Shown: piece by piece, positions 40,748-51,779 of the stretch
Layout of the letters: the number at the start of each line of letters is the position of its first letter
Numbering within the stretch: position 1 is the stretch's first letter
Source: an uncultured Actinomycetes bacterium
GTDB taxonomy: Bacteria; Actinomycetota; Acidimicrobiia; Acidimicrobiales; AC-9
Assembly: GCA_963731255.1 (NCBI GenBank)
Contig: CAVSUO010000008.1
Span: forward strand, 304,090 to 368,089
DNA length: 64,000 nucleotides
Direction of reading: 5' to 3'
Translations under genes and position numbers: made by a program
The notes under the pieces: model-generated
Seen by the model: the letters and a program-made list of their open reading frames with translations, nothing else
The model's database searches: none
What the model was told of the DNA's origin: nothing

Positions 40748-40825
40748 CCGGATCGTTTCGCCCTCGGGGGTCATCGTCGTGACACGATCGAGGTCCCGGA
40801 AGGTTGTGTCCCGGTGGGGGGCCGC

Positions 40826-42130
40826 GTGGCAGGCTGGCCTCGGTCGCGCGGGCTCTTTGCCGACCTCCGGTTTCGTGGTCTCGTCCAGCAGGTGAGTGAC
40901 GCCGGGCTGGCTGACAGGCTCGACGGGGAGACCTTGACGGCCTACGCCGGGTTCGATCCCTCGGCCGACAGCCTCCACGTCGGGCACCTCATCGGCGTCT
41001 TCTACCTGCGTCGCCTCCAGCAGGCCGGCCACCGGCCGATCGCCCTGGCAGGTGGCGGCACGGGGATGATCGGCGACCCGAGCGGCAAGAGCGAGGAACG
41101 CCAGCTCCTGAGCGCCGACACGCTCGAGGCCAACATGGCCGGGATCCGTGCCCAGCTCGGCCGGTTCCTGGACTTCACACCTGCCGCTGGCGGCGCCCAG
41201 GCCGTCCTGGTCGACAACTCCGAGTGGCTCGGCGAGCTGCGGCTCCTGGAGTTCCTCCGAGACGTCGGGAAGCACTTCGGTGTCGGCCAGATGATCGCCA
41301 AGGAGACGGTGCGGGCCCGGCTGGCCACCCCTGAGCAGGGCATGTCGTTCACCGAGTTCAGCTACATGCTGCTCCAGGCCTACGACTTCCTCCGACTCTC
41401 CGACGACTACGGGTGCCGGTTGCAGCTGGGAGGCAGTGACCAGTGGGGCAACATCACCATGGGCATCGACCTCATCCGCCGCCTGCGCGGCGAGGAGGCC
41501 TGGGGCCTCACCTGGCCGCTCCTGGTGCGACCCGACGGGACCAAGTTCGGCAAGACCGCGTCTGGCAACGTGTGGCTGGACGAACGGCGGACCAGCGCCT
41601 ACCAGCTCTTCCAGTTCTTCCTTCGCACCGAGGACAGCGTGGTGGGCACCTACCTGCGCTACTACACCTGGCTCGACCACGAGCGGCTCGAGGAGCTCGA
41701 CACGGCCGTGGCCACCCGCCCCGAGGCTCGCGAGGCCCAGCGGACCCTCGCCCGGGAGGTGACCGGCCTGGTCCACGGGACCGAGGCTGCGGCCAAGGCC
41801 GAGCGGGCGGCGGCGGCCTTGTTCTCCGAGGAGATCGCCGGGCTCGACGAGCGGACGCTCGTGGACGTGCTCGCCGACGCACCGTCCAGCACCTGGTCGA
41901 GGGACCGTCTGGCGGACGGCGGGCTCTCACTCGTCGAGGCCATGGTCGAGACGGGACTGGCCCCGTCCCGCTCGGCCGCCCGCACGACCATCGAGCAGGG
42001 CGGCGCGTACGTGAACAACCACCGCGAGCTCGACCGGGGCCGCCAGCTCGGCCCGGCGGACCTGTTGCGCGACCGCTACCTGCTGCTGCGCCGAGGACGA
42101 CGGGACCAGCACCTGGTGCGCTTCGGGTAG
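40826..42130 (+). CDS. tyrS: Tyrosyl-tRNA synthetase
   Basis: YAGFDPSADSLHVGHL (HIGH), KFGKT (KMSKS) and a C-terminal S4-like domain. Start at GTG 40826 or 40814. Confidence 0.9.
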   Translation: MAGWPRSRGLFADLRFRGLVQQVSDAGLADRLDGETLTAYAGFDPSADSLHVGHLIGVFYLRRLQQAGHRPIALAGGGTGMIGDPSGKSEERQLLSADTLEANMAGIRAQLGRFLDFTPAAGGAQAVLVDNSEWLGELRLLEFLRDVGKHFGVGQMIAKETVRARLATPEQGMSFTEFSYMLLQAYDFLRLSDDYGCRLQLGGSDQWGNITMGIDLIRRLRGEEAWGLTWPLLVRPDGTKFGKTASGNVWLDERRTSAYQLFQFFLRTEDSVVGTYLRYYTWLDHERLEELDTAVATRPEAREAQRTLAREVTGLVHGTEAAAKAERAAAALFSEEIAGLDERTLVDVLADAPSSTWSRDRLADGGLSLVEAMVETGLAPSRSAARTTIEQGGAYVNNHRELDRGRQLGPADLLRDRYLLLRRGRRDQHLVRFG

Positions 42131-42173
42131 CAGCCCGGCTGCCTGGTTGCGCCGGCCTCGGGGTCGTGGCCGG

Positions 42174-42647
42174 TCACCCTCCCTGCTGGGGCGCGTCGCT
42201 GACCGCCTCGGTCGCCAGGGCGGCGCGGACGGCCGCCGCCACCCGGGCCTCGGCCTCGTCGTCCTCGTAGCGCTGCCGGGGCCAGAGGAAGCCCCTGAGC
42301 CCGTCCTTGAACCGCCGGGGCACCACGTGGATGTGGAGATGGGGCACGCTCTGGCTCACGCGGTTGTTCATGAGCACGAGGCTGCCGTCGGCCTCCATGG
42401 CTCGGGCCACGGCGCCGGCGACTCGCCTCGTCGTGGCGAAGAGCGGCCCGACCAGTCGGAGCGGCAGGTCGACCAGCGTCTCGAAATGGGGCCGGGGCAC
42501 GACCAGCACGTGGCCCGGGAACACCGGTCGCCGGTCGAGGAAGGCCACCATCAGGCTCTCGTCGAGCACCAGATCGGTGGCGACGTCGTGGGCGACGATG
42601 TCACAGAACGTGCAACCGGGGAGCCGGTCGCCTGGCGACGGGGTCAT
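42174..42647 (-). CDS. HIT (histidine triad) family protein
   Basis: CTFCDI followed by the histidine triad HLHIHVVP. Confidence 0.85.
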   Translation of the reverse strand: MTPSPGDRLPGCTFCDIVAHDVATDLVLDESLMVAFLDRRPVFPGHVLVVPRPHFETLVDLPLRLVGPLFATTRRVAGAVARAMEADGSLVLMNNRVSQSVPHLHIHVVPRRFKDGLRGFLWPRQRYEDDEAEARVAAAVRAALATEAVSDAPQQGG

Positions 42648-42687
42648 CGCCGGGCGAGCCTACGGGCGACGTGTGCGACCATGCGCC

Positions 42688-43128
42688 ATGGCTGACGAGT
42701 CCCCCATCTCCCTCTCGGGCGGTCCGCCCGAGACGCAGCTCGCCCTGGCTCCGGCTGCCGCCCGAGAGCGGCTCCAGGCCGCGCTCGAGCTCGGGCCCGA
42801 TCAGCGGCGGGCTGCGGTGGTCGAGGTCGCAGCCGCCTTCCCCCGGTACCTCGACGCGTGGGCGTCTCTCGGCGATCTGGCCCGGGACGACATCGAGGCC
42901 TATGCGTACTTTCGCGTCGGGTACCACCGCGGGCTCGACGCGCTGCGGGGCGCCGGCTGGCGGGGCTCGGGTTACGTGCGATCCAGCCACGAGGCGAACC
43001 GCGGGTTCCTCCGCTGCCTGGAGGGCCTGGCCCGTGTCGCTGCGGCCATCGGCGAGGCCGACGAGGCCGAGCGGTGCCGGCACTTCCTCCACCAGCTCGA
43101 CCCGGGTTGCGCGCGAGAGCACGTCTGA
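42688..43128 (+). CDS. DUF3151-like protein
   Basis: AYAYFRVGYHRGLDALRGAGWRGSGYV..HEANRGFLRCL. The family assignment is from memory. Confidence 0.55.
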   Translation: MADESPISLSGGPPETQLALAPAAARERLQAALELGPDQRRAAVVEVAAAFPRYLDAWASLGDLARDDIEAYAYFRVGYHRGLDALRGAGWRGSGYVRSSHEANRGFLRCLEGLARVAAAIGEADEAERCRHFLHQLDPGCAREHV

Positions 43129-43220
43129 GGGCTGAGACGCCGTGCCGGCGCCCTCGAGGACCCGACGGCGACTGCGACCGCGCCGCCGGCGGCGGGCCCT
43201 CGGACGGTACCGTGGGCGTC

Positions 43221-46200
43221 GTGCCGCCACTGCTCGAGGCGGAAGTCACCGACCTCGCTCGGCGCATCGCCGAGCTCGGCTCGGGTGAGCGGGCTCGGGT
43301 CTACCGGCTGTCGTGGTGGAGCGAGCGGATGCTGGCCTGGGCCATGGCCAACCCGTCGTTCAAGACCCAGCTGTTCCGTCTGGTCGACGTGTTCCCCGCC
43401 ACGACCGGAGATGCGGACGCCCTCCGTCATCTCCACGAGTACTTCGCCGGCGCCGATGCACCGCGGCTGCTCGACCTGGGCGTGGGTGTGGCCGAGCATC
43501 TGCCCCGCGGAGAGCGGCTGTCGGCGGCCGTGGCCCGCCGCAACATCGCTCGCATGGCCCAGCAGTTCATCGTCGGGACGACGCCCGCCGAGGTGGCGGA
43601 TCGGCTCGGGCGTCTGTGGCGCGCCGGCACGGCCTCCACCGTCGATCTGTTGGGTGAGAAGACGCTCACCGGAGCCGAAGCGGACCGGTATGCGGCGCGC
43701 GTGGACGAGGTGCTTCGCGTGCTGCTGGACGCCAGCACCGGCTGGGCACCCGACGACCACCTGGAACGCGACGACGTGGGACCGCTGCCACGCGTCAGCG
43801 TCAGCATCAAACCGTCCGCCCTGGCACCGCGGTTCGGGCCCCTCACCGGGACCGAAGCGATCGCCCAGGCCGCCGACCGCTTGCGCCCCCTGCTCAAGCT
43901 CGCCGTCGACCGGGGTGCGTTCGTCTGGCTGGACACCGAGGACTACGACAGCAAGGAGCTGGCCTTCGAGCTGTTCCGGACCATGCTCAACGAGCCGGAC
44001 CTGGCCCGCCTGGATGCGGGCGTGGTCGTGCAGGCCTACCTCAAGGACGCCGCCGCCGACCTGACCGACTTCGTCACCTGGTCCGCCGGGCGGATGGCGA
44101 CGGTCGCCGGCGCCCGGCCGATCGGGGTGCGTCTGGTGAAGGGGGCCTACTGGGACGCCGAGACCGTGCGGGCCGGAGCCGAGGGGTGGTCGGTCCCGGT
44201 GTTCGAGGACAAGGCCCAGACCGACGCCAACTACGAGCGTTGCGCACGGCTGCTGCACGATCACCACGGCAAGGTCAGGGCCGCCTTCGGCTCGCACAAT
44301 CTCCGCTCGCTCGCGTACTCCATCGCCTACGCCCGCAGCCTCGGCATCCCCGACACCGGCTACGAGCTCCAGATGCTGTACGGGATGGCCGAGCCGGTGC
44401 ACGCCGCCATCGGGCGACTCGGACTGCGGCTGCGGGTGTACGCCCCGATGGGCGAGCTGGTGCCGGGCATGTCCTACCTCGTGCGGCGGTTGCTGGAGAA
44501 CACGTCCAACGAGAGCTTCGTGCGTCGTCAGTTCGCGCAGCGACGAGGCCTCGATGATCTGCTGGCTCCACCGCGGGCGGGCGACCTTCCTGGACCGACC
44601 CTCCCGGCCAGTCGTCCCGCCACCGACCCCGACGAGCCAGGTCGCTACCACCACGAGCCTGTGGCCGAGTGGCGGCGCGCCGGCGTCCGCGCTGCCTTCG
44701 CCGCTGCTGTGGAGCACAGGCAGACCACCGTCGGAGAACGAGGTCGGGGTCTCGACGTGCCGGCGGTGATCGGTGGGGAGAAGGTGCACACGACCGCGAC
44801 CATCGCCTCCGTCGACCCGGCCGAGCCCGACTGCGTGGTTGCGAACTCGGCATCGTGCGGCCCCGAAGAGGCCGATCGTGCCGTCGAGGTCGCGGAGCGG
44901 GCACTGGAGCGATGGGCGAGGACGCCGGCACGTGAGCGGGCGGCGGTCCTCTTCCGTTTGGCCGAATGGATGCGGGCCCGCCGTACCGACCTGGCCACCC
45001 TCGAGATCTTCGAGGCGGGAAAGCCGTGGGCCGAGGCCGACGCCGACGTGTGCGAGGCCATCGACTTCTGCGAGTACTACGGCAGGGAGATGCTCCGCCT
45101 GGATCAGGGGGGCGCCGTCGAGTCACCGCCGGGGGAGACCAACCGGCTCACCTACCGGCCGAGGGGCGTGGGCGTGGTGATAGCACCCTGGAACTTTCCC
45201 CTGGCCATCCCCACCGGCATGGTGACGGGGGCGTTGGTGGCTGGCAACCCGGTGATCCTCAAGCCGGCCGAGCAGGCACCGGCGGTGGCTTCGATGCTGA
45301 TCGAAGGCCTGGCCGCGGCGGGTCTGCCGCCGGGGGTGGTGGGTTTCCTGCCCGGGCTCGGCGAGCTGGTCGGGGCGCACCTCGTGTCCCATCCCGGCGT
45401 GAGCTTCGTCGTCTTCACCGGCTCGAAGGCCGTGGGGCTGGCGGTGAACGCCAGCGCAGCCCAGCACCGCCCGGGCCAACGTCAGCTCAAGAGGGTCGTC
45501 GCCGAGATGGGCGGCAAGAACGCCATCGTCATCGACGCCGGACGCCGATCTCGACCAGGCCGTCCCTGCCGTCGTGCAGTCGGCGTTCTCCTATGCCGGA
45601 CAGAAGTGCTCCGCCGCCTCGCGCCTGATCGTGCTCGAGCCCGTCTTCGACGAGTTGGTGAGGCGGGTCCGAGGCGCCGCCCTCGAGCTGTCGATCGGCC
45701 ACCCGCGGCACATGGCCACCGAGGTCGGGCCCCTCATCGACGCAGACGCGCAGTCGCGGGTGCGAGCCTGCTCGGAGGCGGCCCATACCCAAGGAAGAGT
45801 CGTGCTGCACCGCGACGACGTGCCCGAGACGGGCTACTTCGCCGGGCCCCTGGTGGTGGCCGACGTTGCGCCGGACGCAGCACTGGCGAGGGAGGAGATC
45901 TTCGGTCCCGTGCTGGCCGTGCAGCGCGCCGCGTCCTTCGCCGATGCGGTCGAGTTGGCCAACCACACCGACTACGCGCTGACTGCGGGTCTCTTCTCGC
46001 GTTCTCCGGCCCACATCGCGCTGGCCTCGAACGAGCTGCGGGCCGGCAACGTGTACGTCAACCGGGGGATCACGGGCGCGGTGGTCGGGCGCCAGCCCTT
46101 CGGGGGCTACGGCTTGTCGGGAGTGGGCTCGAAGTCGGGCGGCCCGGACTACTTGTTGCAGTTCCTGGACCCCGTTGTCAGCAGCGAGAACACGCTGCGC

Positions 46201-46236
46201 CGGGGCTTCGCGCCAGCCGGCTCCGAGGAGGCATGA
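43221..46236 (+). pseudogene. putA: Bifunctional proline dehydrogenase / L-glutamate-gamma-semialdehyde dehydrogenase (PutA-like), one inserted G at about 45540
   Basis: PRODH part: VRLVKGAYWD, LQMLYGM, YLVRRLLENTSNESF. ALDH part: APWNFPLAI, FTGS, EMGGKNA, then the frame switches to ORF 45574..46236 (YAGQKCSA, EIFGPV). Confidence 0.85.
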
Positions 46237-46697
46237 AGCATCAGCGGTGGTACGTGTCGGCCGCTGTCGTCGTCGCTTCGATGACGATGGCCGCCTGCTC
46301 GTCGGGGCCCGACGTCTCGGGCACGCCAGCACAGCGGGTCCAGGGGTGGTCGCGCGGGGTGGGGCTCACCGCGTCCAGCGCCAAGATCGGCTCCGAGCTC
46401 GACCAGGTGACGAAGAGCGCCACCGCCGGGGATCTGGGAGGCCTGCAGGCGGTCAGTGTCCAGCTCCAGGACGACACGACCATCGCCCACGCCCAGCTCC
46501 CCAGTCCCGATCAGAGCTTGACCAACCAGCTGGACACGGCGTACCAGACGGCGTACCAGCTGGCCAACCACTACCTGGACAAGGGTCTCGGCGCCAACCG
46601 GGCGGCGGGACTGGCTGCGATCGTGCGCCAGGCGGACACGGCCCGCCAGGCGCTCGAGTCGGCCGGAGCCCGCGCCGCCACGCTCGCTCGTTCCTGA
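46233..46697 (+). CDS. Putative lipoprotein (154 aa)
   Basis: ATG 46233 overlaps the putA stop and follows GAGGAGG. The signal peptide ends in MTMAAC, a lipobox-like Cys. Confidence 0.6.
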   Translation: MKHQRWYVSAAVVVASMTMAACSSGPDVSGTPAQRVQGWSRGVGLTASSAKIGSELDQVTKSATAGDLGGLQAVSVQLQDDTTIAHAQLPSPDQSLTNQLDTAYQTAYQLANHYLDKGLGANRAAGLAAIVRQADTARQALESAGARAATLARS

Positions 46698-46704
46698 GGG
46701 TCTT

Positions 46705-46728
46705 CTGGCCGGTGGTCACGCCGGCCAG
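46705..46728. terminator. GC-rich hairpin between the convergent lipoprotein and marR genes
   Basis: CTGGCCGG-tggtcacg-CCGGCCAG. There is no clear U tract. Confidence 0.35.
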
Positions 46729-46758
46729 CTTGGTCGGTAACGGTGGGCGACGAGAAGC

Positions 46759-47295
46759 TCACCCGTAGCGGACGCGAGCCTCCCGTTCGAGCGGGCAGTG
46801 GCCGGCGGGCCGCCCGCAGGCAGAGAGATCGCACAAGCGGCACATCCATCGGGTCGCGCCTGGTTCGCGCATCATGCCGACGAGGATGCGCCCGACGAGC
46901 GCGGAAAGGGTCCGGCGCTCGGCGTCGGTCAGCGGCTCGAGAACGCCATCGAGGACCTGGAGGCGGGTCGCCTCGAGCCGGCGCGCCGCTCGGTGGCCCG
47001 CGGGCGTCAGCGACACCGTCGTGATCCGGCCGTCCTCGCCCGGCCCGCGCCGCACCAGGCCGTCCTGCTCGAGGCGGTCGACGAGACGGACCGTGCCCGA
47101 CTGACTGAGCCCGAGCACCTGCGAGAGCCGGTCGATCGATGGTCGGCCGAGGAACTGGTCGAGGGCCGACAGTGCCGCCGCCGCGCTCTCCGAGTACCCC
47201 GATCGATCTGTGACCGCCTCCGCCACCCGGTCGGTGACGGCGAGGGCCAGGGCCCCGAGCAGGTTGGCGGTCTGGTCGGCCGGAGCCGCGGTCAC
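46759..47295 (-). CDS. MarR family regulator with a C-terminal Cys cluster
   Basis: wHTH segment (LSQVLGLSQSGTVRLVDRLEQDGLVRR) and the tail CRLCDLSACGRPAGHCP. GTG 47295 lies 1 nt after the DUF3224 stop (TGAcGTG). Confidence 0.8.
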   Translation of the reverse strand: MTAAPADQTANLLGALALAVTDRVAEAVTDRSGYSESAAAALSALDQFLGRPSIDRLSQVLGLSQSGTVRLVDRLEQDGLVRRGPGEDGRITTVSLTPAGHRAARRLEATRLQVLDGVLEPLTDAERRTLSALVGRILVGMMREPGATRWMCRLCDLSACGRPAGHCPLEREARVRYG

Positions 47296-47296
47296 G

Positions 47297-47693
47297 TCAA
47301 AGGTCGTAGTCGAGGCTGAACGTCCCGGTGGAGCCCATGGGAGCGACCGCGACACCCGTGCCGCGCAGACCCTTCAGCTCGCCGGTCGAGGTGCCCGGCA
47401 CGACCTCGAGGCGGCGTCCTCGCCTCTTTGCCGTCGAACTCGCCGAGGCCCTTGAGCACGAACGTTCCGGCCTTGTCGCCGATACGGCCTCGGAGTCGCT
47501 GGTAGCCGACGAAGTCGGCGGTGCCGTCGTCGCGGTAGGCCATCACCATGTCCCATCTGGTCTCCGCTTCGATGCCGCCCGTGAACCGCTGACCGATTCC
47601 GGCGTTCGTCACCTTGGCGGCGCCCTCGAGCCCGCCAGCCTGGTCCTCCGACCACGAGGTGACTTCGAAGACGCCTTCGAGATGTGTGGACAC
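47297..47693 (-). pseudogene. DUF3224 domain protein, one frameshift at about 47420
   Basis: GVFEVTSWSEDQ..GIGQRFTGGIEAETRWDMVMAY..GTFVLKGLGEFDG, then VVPGTSTGELKGLRGTG..FSLDYDL in another frame. GAGGAAGGG lies before GTG 47693. Confidence 0.7.
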
Positions 47694-47713
47694 GATCGCC
47701 GCCCTTCCTCGAG

Positions 47714-48067
47714 TTACATGTGTGATGCATGCATTCTTATCCCCCCGAAGTTCACCGTCAAGGGCTTGGCCAGGTAGTCGTCGGCGCCCAGGGTGAGGCC
47801 CTCGACCCGATCCTCGAGATCGCCGGCGGCCGTGAGCATCAACACCCTCGTGGCCGTCCCCTGATCGACGACCTCGCGGCAGACGTCGTCGCCGTGGAGA
47901 CCGGGCAGGTCGCGGTCCAGCACGATCACGTCGTAGCCCACGACGCCGATGCGTTCGGTGGCCGAGAGGCCGTCGAGGACGACGTCGACGGCCATGCCCT
48001 CGCGACGCAGTCCCGTCGCCAGGGTCTCGGCCAGGAGCCGCTGATCCTCGACAATCAGCACCCTCAC
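47714..48067 (-). pseudogene. Response-regulator receiver domain only, ending in an AT-rich non-native tail (truncated OmpR-type regulator?)
   Basis: VLIVEDQ, VIVLDRDLPGLHGDDV, MLTA and DDYLAKPL, followed by TVNFGGIRMHASHM-TAA. There is no winged-helix output domain and no adjacent kinase. Confidence 0.6.
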
Positions 48068-48217
48068 GGGTCCACACCCACCTCCTGGCGCCAGCGCCTC
48101 CCATGGGCCTGGCCGGACGCCAGCCGTGTCGAGCCGGGCGGAGGTGCTCCTGCGCCAGGAAGAGCATGCCCGACGGGCGGTTACAGCGTGGTAACAGGGC
48201 GCTCCCGGTGCGGCGCT

Positions 48218-48775
48218 ATGTTCGGCACCATGGCTGGAGCGACGAGCGGGCTGGTCGGCCCCTTCCCACCGGGCGCAGATCCCGAGGAGTACGACAAGGT
48301 CCGCCGGCGCGTGCTGTGGACCATGCCCAGCGGGCTGTACGTGATCGGTAGCAGCGCCGGGGGCCGGCGGAACCTCATGACCGCCAACTGGGCCACCCAG
48401 GTCTCGTTCGATCCCAAGCTGGTGGCCGTCAGTGTCGAGCAGGAGGCCCTCACCGCCACGCTCATCGCCGACGGCGGCACCTTCAGCCTCTCGGTCGTCG
48501 ACCGCGAGGATCGCGCCATCGTCCGCAAGTTCGTGAAGCCCGTCGAGCACGACGAAGCGTCGGGCACGCTCAACGGCTTCGCCGTCCACGAGGCGGCAAC
48601 GGGCGCGCCGATCCTCGACCAGGCCCTCGCCTACGTGGACTGCGAGGTGCGCCAGCGAGTGCCGGTCGGAGATCACGTCCTCTTCGTGGGCGAGGTGGTG
48701 CAGGCGGGGTTCCAGGGAGACGAGGACTCGCTGCCGCTGCGCATGGAGGACACCCGCATGAGCTACGGCGGCTGA
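48218..48775 (+). CDS. Flavin reductase family (FMN-binding split-barrel) protein
   Basis: SGLYVIGS....NLMTANWATQVSFDPKLVAVSV and GDHVLFVGEVV. Confidence 0.75.
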   Translation: MFGTMAGATSGLVGPFPPGADPEEYDKVRRRVLWTMPSGLYVIGSSAGGRRNLMTANWATQVSFDPKLVAVSVEQEALTATLIADGGTFSLSVVDREDRAIVRKFVKPVEHDEASGTLNGFAVHEAATGAPILDQALAYVDCEVRQRVPVGDHVLFVGEVVQAGFQGDEDSLPLRMEDTRMSYGG

Positions 48776-48969
48776 CGGGTTCTGTCAGTCGAGGGTCTGC
48801 AGGCGCGGGCCCGCCGTACGGTAGCGTCGGGATCGATGACGCCACATCGACTCGACGACGCAGGGGCCTTCGAGTCGAGCTGGTTCACCGAGCTCACCGG
48901 TCGCGACGCCGGGCTCGTGAAGGGCTGAGCGGTCTGGCCAGCCCGAGCTGGGTCGACGCCCAGCCCGCC

Positions 48970-50100
48970 ATGGACGAGTTGCTCGCGGAGATCGAGACCG
49001 CGCCGGTGTACGGCTTCGACACCGAGTTCCATCGCGAGCGCTCGTACTTTCCGCATCTGGCCCTCGTCCAGATGGTGTGGCCGGGGGGAGTGGCCCTCGT
49101 CGATCCGTACCGTGTCGACCTCACCGGGCTGCGACGGGTGCTGGAGGGTCCCGGCCTCGGCGTGGCCCACGCGGCCGAGCAGGATCTCGAGGTACTCGAG
49201 CTGGCGTGTGGGGCCAAGCCCCGGCGACTCTTCGACACTCAGCTGGCCGCCGGCTTTCTCGGCCTCTCGGCCCCGTCCCTGACGACCCTGGTCGAGCACC
49301 TGCTCGGCCAGCGCCTGGCCAAAGGCGACCGCCTCACCGACTGGACCCGACGCCCCCTCAGCGCCGAGCAGCGCCAGTACGCGGCCTCCGACGCCGCCCA
49401 CCTGCTCGACCTCCATCGAGCGCTGGTCGCCGAGCTCGATCGCCTGGGCCGCCTCGGTTGGGCGGAGGGGGAGTGCCAGATCATGCTCTCCCGGCCCAGC
49501 CGGCGTGTCGAGCCCGACGAGGCGTGGTGGCGGTTGAAGGAGGCCCGCCAGCTCAGGGGCCAGTCACGTGCCGTCGCCCAGACGGTGGGCGCGTGGCGCG
49601 AGCGCCGCGCCGCCGCCACTGATCGGCCGGCCCGCTTCGTGCTGCCTGATCTCGCGCTCGTCGCCATCGCCCAGCGGCCACCCACCACGGCCGACGAGCT
49701 GGCCGGGGTGCGGGGGCTCGACGGTCGCCGGGCCAAGGTCGCGGCCGAGGCCGGGTTGCTCGATGCCGTCCGCGCCGGCCTCGAGCTCGGCGACGGCGCC
49801 CTCCGGCAACCCCCGAGCGATCAGATCGAGCGCCGGCTGCGTCCGGTCGCCACCCTGGCAGGCGCCTGGCTCGCCCAGCGGGCGACGGAGCTCCGGATCG
49901 ACGGGGCACTGCTCGCCACCCGGGCGGATCTGCACGCCCTGCTCCGCGACAGCGCCGAGTCCCGTTTGGCCAACGGGTGGCGCCGGACGCTGGTCGGGGA
50001 GCCCCTCCGCCAGCTGTTGGCCGGAGAGGGGGCGCTCGCGGTGGGCGGCCACGGGGAGCTGGTTCTCGAGGCGCGCTCGCATCGGCGGATCGCCGGCTGA
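48970..50100 (+). CDS. rnd: Ribonuclease D (DEDD 3'-5' exonuclease + HRDC)
   Basis: FDTEF, HAAEQDLEVL and YAASDAAHLLDL exonuclease motifs, with an HRDC-like region after them. Confidence 0.8.
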   Translation: MDELLAEIETAPVYGFDTEFHRERSYFPHLALVQMVWPGGVALVDPYRVDLTGLRRVLEGPGLGVAHAAEQDLEVLELACGAKPRRLFDTQLAAGFLGLSAPSLTTLVEHLLGQRLAKGDRLTDWTRRPLSAEQRQYAASDAAHLLDLHRALVAELDRLGRLGWAEGECQIMLSRPSRRVEPDEAWWRLKEARQLRGQSRAVAQTVGAWRERRAAATDRPARFVLPDLALVAIAQRPPTTADELAGVRGLDGRRAKVAAEAGLLDAVRAGLELGDGALRQPPSDQIERRLRPVATLAGAWLAQRATELRIDGALLATRADLHALLRDSAESRLANGWRRTLVGEPLRQLLAGEGALAVGGHGELVLEARSHRRIAG

Positions 50101-50113
50101 GCAGTGGGTGGCG

Positions 50114-51691
<1,578 letters not shown>

Positions 51692-51779
51692 GGCCTGGCA
51701 CGGTAGTCGGCGGTGCCGGTTCCCTCGGAGCGCGGGCGAACTAGGTTGGGGGTTCCCTAGTGCATAGGGGGGGACATTC

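Noticed and set aside
40748-40825. The TetR regulator divergent from tyrS considered as an unusual control circuit for an aminoacyl-tRNA synthetase.
   Set aside because: Divergent placement alone is not evidence of regulation. I found no palindromic operator in the 78-nt spacer.
42858-46697. A single 1279-aa ORF suggesting one giant protein.
   Set aside because: It is a composite: out-of-frame read-through of DUF3151, then the putA N-terminal part, then after the putA frameshift junk sequence, and finally the in-frame lipoprotein gene.
48836-48928. A 30-codon ORF upstream of rnd considered as a frameshifted N-terminal extension of RNase D.
   Set aside because: ATG 48970 already leaves a plausible 16 residues before the DTEF exonuclease motif. 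The upstream peptide has no RNase D-like sequence, and the evidence is too weak.
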